A DNA stretch of 62,956 bases, the filler included, from Babesia bigemina (Eukaryota), in the NCBI RefSeq assembly GCF_000981445.1. It is 8 parts of 8 records of this genome, joined end to end, with 100 filler letters (N's around TTAATTAATTAA, not from the genome) between each part and the next. Parts side by side here need not be neighbours in the genome. Positions count along the whole stretch, not along the records: positions 51,190 to 60,124 come from NW_012236969.1; positions 60,225 to 62,956 come from NW_012236977.1; 6 more parts are not named here. One strand, written 5' to 3'. Below the pieces are notes generated by a model, which ran no database searches, had not been told where the DNA came from, and saw nothing but the letters and a program-made list of their open reading frames with translations. The position numbers were made by a program, and so were the translations under genes. Below, one piece after another: positions 53,390 to 62,956 of the stretch; position 1 is the first letter of the stretch; each line of letters begins with the position of its first letter.

Positions 53390-56300
53390 ATGACCTCTTT
53401 AAACCATAACAATAACTTGTGCCTTGTCACCCTTCCCTTCCCTTCTTCCACCTCCTGCCACTGCCCTGACCATGTGCCGCCTAGGGAGCTTGACAAGAAA
53501 TTTGGTAAAATTTTGAAACTTAAAAATACCCTAAATAACAACCCTACTAATATCCTTAACAACCTCTGCTCTGGCCTCGAGAAATTCTTAGGCTTCAACT
53601 CTGAGTCCAAAGGCTACGACGGCACTGGAATTGTCTACTCTGACTTGGACTGGCTGTGTGACGGGGTGATGGGATTTTTGAGTGGTGTTCTCAGTAACAT
53701 CAAAGATCATTTAGGGCAGCATAATAATGAAATTAGCAATGCAATTAAGTCACTTGAGACCTGTAAACATGGTGGTAAATTAGGTTTTAATGATGCGATT
53801 GGAAGGGTGGTCGAAGGGGTGCGGGGGTATAATGAGAGAGTTAAGAACTCTAATGATTCTGTCAAGAGCAAGATAACAGACTTGGACAGTCAAATGAAGA
53901 AACTCAAACAATCGGTGAGTGAAGATTTAAAAAATAATTTTGCTGCAGGTGCTGGAAGAATTGTGCAGGGATCCGTGGACTCTGCTGACCAATTGGTGAA
54001 GACATGCCTTAACAACGCAGACAAATTTAATGAATCTTTAGACACTGCAAAATATGAAAACGTGAAAAACGCAATTAATGATCTTAACTCTATTGTGCGT
54101 GATGATGTGAATAAAGCGCGTGCCTGTGTTAAGCTTGAGACGGAGCAGTTCGCTGCTCTGTCGAGTAAGCAGCAGGAAGATCGAAAGGTGATGAGGGAGA
54201 AAATAGAGCGTTGTTTGACAGACCTGGGAACTTGCGTGAATGATAGTATCAAGAAAAAGGTGAAAAATCTTGTTGACGATTTAAGCAAGAAGGTGAATGA
54301 AATTAAGAGGCAGCTGGAGGAAATAAAGAAACAGCTTATGGAGTATATAGGAGAGTTGACGACGTGGATTGGTCAAGCAGAGCCTTTGATTAATTCGGCG
54401 TTTGGGAAGGTGGAAGAGATATTAAAGGAAGTTAATGAAGGTGATTCGGAAAAGAAACCTTTCCTCATCGCATCGGCTGTTAGAGAGATTACAGCATCCG
54501 TATTGATACTACACGGCGCCGGTGAAGAGGCTAAAAAGCATGTCAAAGAGAAAGTGACTGCAGCACTTAAGCAGGTTAAGGAGATGAACGACGAGCTGAA
54601 GAAGGATTTGTATAAGGTCAAAGGAGCGATTAAGAAAGCGATTTGGGATCACGTTAATGAAAATATTGTGACGACGCATTTCAATAATTTGGAAAAAAAT
54701 GTGAGAGAAGGATTGTGGAAGATCGAAAGTGCGATCAAGACTCCGCTCGAAAGCACAGTAGAAAAATCGTCTTTTTTTTTTGAAAAATTCGAAGACACGA
54801 AGAATGCAATTGAGGAGGCAGTTAAGAATGTAGAAGGAAATTTGCAAAATCTCGAGGCATTCAAGAATATTGAGAGCATTGGCAGCGGCGTCGAAGGCAA
54901 TGTTCAGCTCTTAAGCTCTTTGACGAGGGCACCATTCACACAACTTAAAACATATTTCACTCATCTCAATCAAGACATTATGATACCTCTAAAAAACATA
55001 ATGCAGAATAGGGGATGGCAAGAAATTATTCGATATGCTGACGCAAGATATGTAAATCATAACATTAAAGATGTTAAGGATGAACTTTCTAAGCATCTAA
55101 CGACACTTCAGAGTGCTGTCAAGGGCAGCAACCCAGGTCTTAAATTTCAAGAAGTTGAAGCACAGCTGAAGAGCACAGTTGGCGACATGTTTAACGTAAA
55201 AAATAACATCCAAGAAAAACTCGGTAGTGTTATTGAACTGCAAGGGATGATAAACAAACTTCAGCAGTCACCGCCAACATTAGAACAGGGAGATGCTGCA
55301 AAGATTTTCACTGCCTTAGGTCAAATAGCCGAAGGTGTTGCCGAACATTACAAAGAGGTTGTTGAGGCTACCATAGATGCCATAACAAAGAAATTGGAAA
55401 GCGAAGTGAAGGGTGTGACCGCAGCTATCAGAAAAAAGGTGTCAGCAATATATAGTGGCATAAAAGATGCCAATGATGAAGAAAAAAAAATAGAGTACAG
55501 TGCGGGAAGTCTACATGAAAAGGCTCGAGGATTACTGACTCTGGTGAACAGTTATAAGATGAATGTTAAAGCTGAGCTTGAGAAGCTCAAAACGGAAACT
55601 ATACCGCAAGCGTTCAAGAAGAAGTCGCTGAGCGGTCCAGATTCGAAAGATTATAACTTTGGTAGTGGTATCATGGACGATTTCATACGCACTCACGCGG
55701 AACTAAACACTGAGCTTCAGGCGAGCAAATTTCAGGCAGCTGTCGCTGAAAAACTTAATACAGAGATCGGAAGGGATGCATTGATACAGGGAGGTGGTGT
55801 AGGTGGTAAAATAGCGGAATTTTTGAAAGATAAATACCCGAATTACACAGGGCAAATCAACCAAGATACTCTTGAGCTCTTGAAGACTAAGCCTGATGAG
55901 CTAAAAGGTGACCTGCCTGAAAAGATAATAGACATTAAGACCCAGGTAGAAAATGCTTTGATAAAAATCGACAGTGAAAAGGAATACGCAGTAAAGGAAT
56001 TGGAAAAAATCACTGCCACCCTTCATGAGCTTTGCCAGGCTGTAAGAGCCGCCGGTGACCACGCTCAGGGGAGTCTGAAACAATTGCAGGACACGTACTT
56101 CAATACATCTGAATACGCTAAAAACGGCATTAGAATAATTCAGTATCAGCTTACCAATCTGCAAGAAGATGACCTGGCAAAAGCCATCAAGGAAGCCACC
56201 AAATTCTTACATGAAGCTGAAAAAATACGCGACGATACCACTCGATCCCTAAAAATCGATGTCGACGGTCAAGTCAAAGAAGTCAAAAGGCAACTCACCT

Positions 56301-59047
56301 CCGAGCTCGACAAGCAGTACATCACCACCATGGCGCTGCAGCTCGACCACTTCGCCGACAGGGTCACCGCGCACCTCAAGGGACTGCCCGAGGCGATCGA
56401 ACAAGACAAGAACACTGGCTTCAAAGGCTTCATGGAGGCGTTCGAGGGGAAGCCGGAAGTTAAGCCGAGGGAGAAGTATGCTTTCGAAGCGCCTACAGTT
56501 GAACTGAGTAAACTTGAAGAGTTTAAAGGAGCTGTTACTAAGCCACATAATTCCAAGAAAGATGAATTTAAAACGCTGTCGGAGGAGTTCAAGAAATTGT
56601 ACATCAACCTCCACCTATATGTCAACAAAGAGACCGTAAGGGTGAACGATGAAGAGAACAGCAAGAAGCACCCCGCTGGAACGGACATTCATGACTACCA
56701 ACGCAGGCTCTTAGCAATGTATGACCGCTTCAATGAGTTGATGTTGCACATTGCTAACGCAAACAGGTATGATCATCAGATACCAGGCCTGCTCGATGGG
56801 CTGTTGGAGGCGCTCCATGACCTCAAACCGGACGGCTTCGCTAAACCCAGTACGCCGGTTATAGATTGTGTCTCCAGCGGTTTAACGAACTTCATCGGTG
56901 AGCTGAGTAGAGTTTACATATCCGCGTATGACAGGCAGAAGTTTGGTGAGTTGGTGAAAAATCCTAACACCGAATATTCTGTGTTGACTAAAGAAGGACG
57001 TGACTGCGCCAAAACGTTCCTGACTTTACTGGCGATTCTAAATGACGACCTGAGCTATTTTAGAGATCAATGCAATTCAGAATGGTCGAAGCGTAAACTG
57101 TATTCCGGTAGCAGTCTTGGTTCATTTTTGCGAAGGTGCGGTTACCGTGTTGCCATCAAAGAGACAGATCAGAACGGTGAGCTGCAGAACAAAACTGGTT
57201 TCACCGGGTCATCAATTTATGGAAAGTTAGTCGGAGAAAATTATGATCACGTCTACCGCAATGATAAGGACACCAAATTTGCACTTGAAAATATGTATGC
57301 GTACCTCACCCTTTATTACGATGTCTGCCACATCGCCGCTTCCTTGTCGACTCGGCGACCGTGTTCCATATACGAAATGCTCGGTTGGTTCACCAGTCTG
57401 GTCCATCACCCAGTCTACTTCGAGCTCACAACGAACGATTTTGCTGATCTTTTCGATAAGCCCAAGAAGAAAGCGGGGGGCAACGCTGCGGTGGACGGCA
57501 TCACCTTCGAAGAACCAAGCAGCCTGCTGTTGAATGCTTACCCACAGAACCTCACGCCTAGTGATCTACATGACGCAGTTATGCACGTCACGTCCCTTGC
57601 TCCAGTCATCCTGACTACCATCGTCGGTTACGGTGATGAGTTCACCACCTACGCCGTTGACTACCACAGTAACGCCGCTGGATTTGCGATCCCCTCATCG
57701 CCTTCGTCATGTCTCAACATGTTGCTCGAATTGATGCGTCGACTGTTTCCTGTGTTCAGATTCCTGCACAGCCGCTGTAGCAACCTGGCATCGGAGTACG
57801 GTTGGTATCACTGCGCCTATGGCAGCGATGTAGAGTCCGCCGGTTGGCAGTGTAAGGACCACTCGAAAACTGATGTCGAGTGCCGTCCCAGATCACCGCT
57901 CATGTCGTACCTCCGTGACTCCCTTCCCGGCCACTTGCCTCACCAACTGACCAGCGTTGACTGTAAATCGGAATGTAAGACGTGTCCCAAATTAACACCC
58001 GGGATGCCATGTATCACGCCACTCGGCTTCAAGGGTTTCTCGGGAAGCAAAAGGACGGGTAAAGACATAAGCAACGTGCTGATCAAATTCTTCGACAAAG
58101 GCGTCGCTTCATGCCTGCTGTCCCTGTCGCCCAGACCCCCGAGCAGCTTGCCAGAACACTATGCTTTTGCGTTGTCCTTCGTGAAAGGATGGTCATTTGG
58201 TAGTAGTAACGGGCTGAAACAGAAGATTGAATCTACAATGAAAACAGCATCTATCGATTTGTATTCCGATGCATCTCCTCTTACCAATGCGCTGACGCAA
58301 GCCTATGGTGATGCACGAAGCAGCCATGGCACCAACCATCCCAAATCATCCGAAGATGCTGTATCAAGCCTGTCAATCAGTACTAGATGCAACGGTGCGA
58401 ATCACTGCGGGCCTTATTTGTCTACCCTTTACTCGGACACTTATCCTTACTTCGGCAACAAACACTGCGACGCATACATGTCCTGGTCGGTTTATTTGCC
58501 GTGGACGTTTTGGCAGCAACTCAACAGTTTGTATAACGCATTCTTACAGATATTCTGCCAAGACTGGGGATGCACTGGCTGCTTGAGAGGGGACACCTGC
58601 AAAAAAGGGACGCACGGTATGCTCAACCCGGACGTCCCTGGCGACGGATGCAAATGCCCATCGATTGTTGGATGCAAGGGAGTGGGTCCTACATTATACC
58701 AATATGGTTTCACATTCCAAGATGTACATTGTCTGATATCCAACCAAACGAAATGCTTCAACCTGCGCAATCAGTTATTTAGTGTGCTGCATTCGCAATA
58801 TTTCAAGGACCTCTTCGAAAAGTGTGATGAGTTCCTCTGGATCATCAGGCAACCCTTCTCCTACCTTGTCCTTGCCCTCTGGCTCCTCTCTTTGTTGTAC
58901 CTCATCCACATCATGGTCATCCGCCTCGACCTCCTCCACATCAAATCGCATCTACATAGTCCCTCGAGTCATCGCATCGCCGCGCAATCGCTGTTGGCTG
59001 CTGCACGTGTTAACAAGCTTAACAGGGTGTTTTACCTGCAACCGTAA
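53390..59047 (+). CDS. ves1: VESA1-like antigen, gene 7 (1885 aa, short head, tail type A)
   Basis: The linker ATG is in frame (MTSLNHNNNLC...); LCSGLEKFLGFN, SPLMSYLRDSLPGHLPH, TM and NKLNRVFYLQP. Confidence 0.83.
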   Translation: MTSLNHNNNLCLVTLPFPSSTSCHCPDHVPPRELDKKFGKILKLKNTLNNNPTNILNNLCSGLEKFLGFNSESKGYDGTGIVYSDLDWLCDGVMGFLSGVLSNIKDHLGQHNNEISNAIKSLETCKHGGKLGFNDAIGRVVEGVRGYNERVKNSNDSVKSKITDLDSQMKKLKQSVSEDLKNNFAAGAGRIVQGSVDSADQLVKTCLNNADKFNESLDTAKYENVKNAINDLNSIVRDDVNKARACVKLETEQFAALSSKQQEDRKVMREKIERCLTDLGTCVNDSIKKKVKNLVDDLSKKVNEIKRQLEEIKKQLMEYIGELTTWIGQAEPLINSAFGKVEEILKEVNEGDSEKKPFLIASAVREITASVLILHGAGEEAKKHVKEKVTAALKQVKEMNDELKKDLYKVKGAIKKAIWDHVNENIVTTHFNNLEKNVREGLWKIESAIKTPLESTVEKSSFFFEKFEDTKNAIEEAVKNVEGNLQNLEAFKNIESIGSGVEGNVQLLSSLTRAPFTQLKTYFTHLNQDIMIPLKNIMQNRGWQEIIRYADARYVNHNIKDVKDELSKHLTTLQSAVKGSNPGLKFQEVEAQLKSTVGDMFNVKNNIQEKLGSVIELQGMINKLQQSPPTLEQGDAAKIFTALGQIAEGVAEHYKEVVEATIDAITKKLESEVKGVTAAIRKKVSAIYSGIKDANDEEKKIEYSAGSLHEKARGLLTLVNSYKMNVKAELEKLKTETIPQAFKKKSLSGPDSKDYNFGSGIMDDFIRTHAELNTELQASKFQAAVAEKLNTEIGRDALIQGGGVGGKIAEFLKDKYPNYTGQINQDTLELLKTKPDELKGDLPEKIIDIKTQVENALIKIDSEKEYAVKELEKITATLHELCQAVRAAGDHAQGSLKQLQDTYFNTSEYAKNGIRIIQYQLTNLQEDDLAKAIKEATKFLHEAEKIRDDTTRSLKIDVDGQVKEVKRQLTSELDKQYITTMALQLDHFADRVTAHLKGLPEAIEQDKNTGFKGFMEAFEGKPEVKPREKYAFEAPTVELSKLEEFKGAVTKPHNSKKDEFKTLSEEFKKLYINLHLYVNKETVRVNDEENSKKHPAGTDIHDYQRRLLAMYDRFNELMLHIANANRYDHQIPGLLDGLLEALHDLKPDGFAKPSTPVIDCVSSGLTNFIGELSRVYISAYDRQKFGELVKNPNTEYSVLTKEGRDCAKTFLTLLAILNDDLSYFRDQCNSEWSKRKLYSGSSLGSFLRRCGYRVAIKETDQNGELQNKTGFTGSSIYGKLVGENYDHVYRNDKDTKFALENMYAYLTLYYDVCHIAASLSTRRPCSIYEMLGWFTSLVHHPVYFELTTNDFADLFDKPKKKAGGNAAVDGITFEEPSSLLLNAYPQNLTPSDLHDAVMHVTSLAPVILTTIVGYGDEFTTYAVDYHSNAAGFAIPSSPSSCLNMLLELMRRLFPVFRFLHSRCSNLASEYGWYHCAYGSDVESAGWQCKDHSKTDVECRPRSPLMSYLRDSLPGHLPHQLTSVDCKSECKTCPKLTPGMPCITPLGFKGFSGSKRTGKDISNVLIKFFDKGVASCLLSLSPRPPSSLPEHYAFALSFVKGWSFGSSNGLKQKIESTMKTASIDLYSDASPLTNALTQAYGDARSSHGTNHPKSSEDAVSSLSISTRCNGANHCGPYLSTLYSDTYPYFGNKHCDAYMSWSVYLPWTFWQQLNSLYNAFLQIFCQDWGCTGCLRGDTCKKGTHGMLNPDVPGDGCKCPSIVGCKGVGPTLYQYGFTFQDVHCLISNQTKCFNLRNQLFSVLHSQYFKDLFEKCDEFLWIIRQPFSYLVLALWLLSLLYLIHIMVIRLDLLHIKSHLHSPSSHRIAAQSLLAAARVNKLNRVFYLQP

Positions 59048-59169
59048 TCGTACTCACGTGTTTACTATCTACACTCACCTAGCATCACCTACTCACCTAA
59101 CTTATGAATTGTGGTTTAATCTGTTGCATCACTCATTAATCGTTGTATGCGATTGTGTAGTAGTTAACT

Positions 59170-59376
59170 AAAGTGCTGACCAAGGTGCTGACCAATGTGC
59201 TGACCAATGTGCTGACCAAAGTGTTGACCAACGTGGTGACCAATGTGTTGACCAATGCCATGACCAAAGTGTTGACCAAGGTGCTGACCAATGTGCTGAC
59301 CAATGCCATGACCAATGTGCTGATCAAAGTGGTGACCAATGCCATGACCAAAATGCTGAATTACCATTTGACCAAG
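59170..59376 (+). repeat. 12-bp array C
   Basis: TGACCAA every 12 nt. Confidence 0.95.
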
Positions 59377-59379
59377 TTG

Positions 59380-59627
59380 ATGGTCACGGCAGCGATGACA
59401 TGGCCACGGCAGCGATGAGACGGTCACTGCAGCGATGACATGGTTACGGCAGCGATGACATGGTCACGGCAGCGATGACATGGTTACGGCAGCGATGACA
59501 TGGTCACGGCAGCGATGGCATGGACACGGCAGCGATGACATGGACACGGCAGCGATGACATGGTTACGGCAGCGATGACATGGTCACGGCAGCGATGACA
59601 TGGTTACGGCAGCGATGACATGGTCAC
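59380..59627 (+). repeat. 20-bp array B
   Basis: TGGTCACGGCAGCGATGACA units. Confidence 0.95.
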
Positions 59628-59641
59628 AAGTGGTGATTATC

Positions 59642-60124
59642 ATCCACTCTACATCGCTCCCTATCCCACTCCACATCGCTCCCTAATCCACTCCACATCG
59701 CTCCTTATACACTCAACATCGCTACCTAACCCACTCTACACCGCTCCTTAACCCACTCTACATCGCTACCTAACCCACTCTACATCGCTCCTTTATCCAC
59801 TGTACATCGCCCCTTTATCCACTCTACGTCGCCCCTTTGTCCACTGTACATCGCCCCTTTATCCACTCTACGTCGCCCCTTTGTCCACTCTACATCGCCC
59901 CTTTATCCACTCCACATCGCTCCTTAACCCACTCTTCACCGCCCCTTTATCCACTCTACATCGCTCCCTTATCCACTCTACATCGCCCCTTTATCCACTC
60001 TACATCGCCCCTTTACCCACTCTACATCGCCCCTTTACCCACTCTACATCGCCCCTTTATCCACTCTACATCGCTCCCTAACCCACTCTACATCGCTCCT
60101 TAACCCACTCTACATCGCTCCTTT
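59642..60124 (+). repeat. 22-bp array A downstream of gene 7
   Basis: Period-22 units. Confidence 0.97.
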
Positions 60125-60225
60125 NNNNNNNNNNNNNNNNNNNNNNNNNNNNNNNNNNNNNNNNNNNNTTAATTAATTAANNNNNNNNNNNNNNNNNNNN
60201 NNNNNNNNNNNNNNNNNNNNNNNNG

Positions 60226-62956
60226 TTTAAGAAAAGCGATGGATGGAGTGTGGAGCAGTATGTCGAGCAATTTAAGGTTACGATTAAAGATAAGATATCC
60301 GAGTATGTTACGGATGAATTATGTGATAAGATAACTGCTGCTCTTAAGAAATTCACTGATCCTATTGCAAATGACGAAGGAGATGTAGAGGGCTCTCTTG
60401 ATGTGATTCAGAAGGCAGTTGTTACCTGTGCGGGAAAGTACAAAAATTTTGAAAACATAGTGAAAGTTTGGTTAAAAACTATATTATTGACAAATGGCGA
60501 AATTAAAGGATCATTCGAAAAGTATTTAACAGGAAATGAAGGAAATTTGCAACTTCAATATAAAGGTGTGGCCAACAGTAGAATCAGGAATGACAACATT
60601 GGGAATATCACAGACGTAATTATAAAAAGACTCTCACAAGAAAGCCAACAAGCTCAGTCTGCGGTATCCGCACATGGGCATTATAAAGACGGCGTAGAGA
60701 GCGATTTAAAGTCTATCCAGAAGTGTCTCCAAACGTTTGCGGAACAAATCGGGAATAAAGTTACTGGCGGTACATTCGAAGCATTATTGAACGGCATTGT
60801 CGCTGATATGCATAGCGCAGTACAAATGACGGACAAAATAACTACCAATAATTACATAGATCTTAATCGCGCGCTACGTTACACCTTCTATCAGCTACTT
60901 GGTATTGCGCAAGGTGCAGCGGAGAAAATCGATGAGCTGCTTGCGCAATGTAAACTTGCCAAAGTAGATGAGGCCATACAGCGTGTTGCGGGTCTTCCAG
61001 AAAAAATGTCGACTGAACTAACTCCGGTCCCCGGCATGAAAAAATTGGGCAATAACATTGAGGAAGACCTAAAAGGAAAAGTTGATGATAAGAATGTAGA
61101 CGCTGCGCTAGCCACTCTTCTTCGCGAAGCGGCCACTAATGGTATCGGGAAACTGCAGGTGGCGGTGACTGCAATGGTTGATGGCCCACCTAAAATGATT
61201 AATACCACGCTTAAGGAAATCAGAGAAGAGCTGGAAAAGCTGCAAACAAGACTGCATGATGAAGGTGTAACTCATGGTGCAGACAACGGAGACTCTCCAT
61301 TGGAAAAAGATGCCAATGAGCTTCACAAAAAAATTGAAGAATTTGTCACAACTACGGTGGGTAAGGATTCAACTCAGAAAGGCAGCATCTACGCAGAATT
61401 GAATGGACTTAAAAAAATAATAAAGACGCTTGGAGACAAAGTTGAGGAGGTTTCAAGTAATGTGGATGAAGTTCAAACCCAGCTTACGCTTCGTATCAAG
61501 CAAACCAATGAGTTGCTGGCAGGTGCCACCGATAAGGCGAACAGGCTGATGAGTGAATTGCATGTCGTAATTGATGCCAAAACTACAAAAATATCGCAGG
61601 AAATCCAGAAACATGCCAAACATATCTACACCAAACGAAAAACTCAAGAAGTTACCGCCCTGCAAGAAATCGTTAACAAGCAGTTCAATGAAATTGATGA
61701 CATCATCAAGGCTGACATCACATTGGGCCTCAAAAGCTATTTATCAAAATTGCAAAACCAATTCATGCCACCGCTTAGTTCTTTCACTCAACCTGCACCC
61801 CGTGCCCAGCTACCCGAAAAGAAGCTCTCCGACCTGGCGCCAAAAGTCAAAGACAGTTTCAAGAATCTCTTCGATGCACTCTATATCCAACCCGACCTGC
61901 TGCCACTAACAGGCCGTATCCACGCAATTTCCAAAGCTCTCGACACCCTGCTCGCTCCCCTCACCCGCTACGACAACACTTTTACCAAAAATCTGGCGAA
62001 GGTAAAAAGCGAGATTGACGACTTCGCCCAGCAGACGTATGCCAACACCGCGCAGAAAGTGTCCAGGAGTCTCGTCCCAGGGTTGAGTGCGTTCGTGAGG
62101 GAATTGGAAAAGGCGTACGTGAGGGTGTATGATAACGGTAGAATATTTAAATGGGAATCAATTGATGAAAGTGAAAACCAAATGATGTCTAAAATCTGTT
62201 TCACTGTGGTCTCCATACTTCACAACGCCTTGAAAGTTATTAAGAAATATGGAGGAGTAAGATGGAAATTCGAGCAAATAAAACAATCTAGCGAACTCGG
62301 TAAATTCTTTGTAAATCAAGGATACAGAGTTTCCGAGAACGATAAAAAACACTGGGAGCTTCAGGAGAAGATTAGTATGACAGGCCAAACAATCCACAAA
62401 CGCCTCGTTGGGGATGACGACAACCATGTTTACAAAACAGATAATATGAAGAACAGCGCACTGGAAACTCTACACGAACATCTTGAGACGTATTACCAAG
62501 TCAGCCACGTTGCCACATTCAACTCCAAAAAACGACCGTGTAACGTATTTGAAATGCTATGTTGGCTATCTGGCCTGCCGTGCAATGACGTTTATGGCGA
62601 ATTGTTACAAACTGGGCTTAGTGGACCATTTGAAGATCCCAAGAAACAAAAAACAGAAGAAGGCGAAGACTTTGAATTCACCGTCACTACACCGGATGCG
62701 TTGCAGATGGAAGCGTACCCTAAGGACATTACGTACGAGGGTGTCGCCGAAGTTCCTCGCTATCTGTGCTCCAAATCCTACGATATCCTGACTACGATTT
62801 GTGGAAATGGTGACGCGTACACCCAGTACGCGGTGGATTTCTGTACCAACTCATTGAACTTGCATTACCCATCAAAGGGAGAGGAGTGTCTTGACATGCT
62901 GCTGGACATACTTCGCCGGCTGTTTCCTGTATTGCAGTTCCTACAAACTCAATGCA
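60226..62956 (+). CDS. ves1: VESA1-like antigen, gene 8, internal fragment (5' end lost in the gap, 3' end runs off the window); absent from the ORF track
   Basis: Frame starting FKKSDGWSVEQYVEQF is the same frame that later gives KKRPCNVFEMLCWLSGLPCN and YAVDFCTNSLNLHYPSKGEECLDMLLDILRRLFP, close to genes 3 and 5. Confidence 0.85.

Noticed and set aside
59837..60103. STLHRPFIHSTSPLYPLYIAP ORFs (also 50248-50454 and 25049-25261)
   Set aside because: Chance TAA-free runs of the 22-bp array starting at non-ATG codons

Overview
Eukaryotic apicomplexan DNA, most likely a Babesia of the B. bigemina/B. ovata group (inferred from the protein family, not verified by search). The window is not a true locus. 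It is eight pieces joined by seven identical 100-nt artificial spacers (N44-TTAATTAATTAA-N44), and the six complete pieces are sorted by increasing length (8303, 8453, 8591, 8763, 8877, 8935 bp), as expected for concatenated unplaced contigs. Each piece carries one very large (about 1700-2070 aa; the last is partial) VESA1/ves-like variant surface antigen ORF with no signal peptide, a helical body, a Cys-rich distal region, one C-terminal TM helix and a conserved ...YLQP tail. The ORFs sit in a stereotyped cassette: 22-bp array A > conserved linker > ORF (usually without an in-frame start ATG) > conserved 3' block > optional 24-bp array D > 12-bp array C > 20-bp array B > fixed junction > 22-bp array A. 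The repeat families are related to each other, and the genes are mosaics of exchangeable segments. Contig 4 also carries a small Cys-rich TM gene preceded by five tandem intron-like units and followed by three spare TM-tail cassettes. The best candidate for an undescribed system is this repeat-bracketed, mostly headless antigen cassette library.
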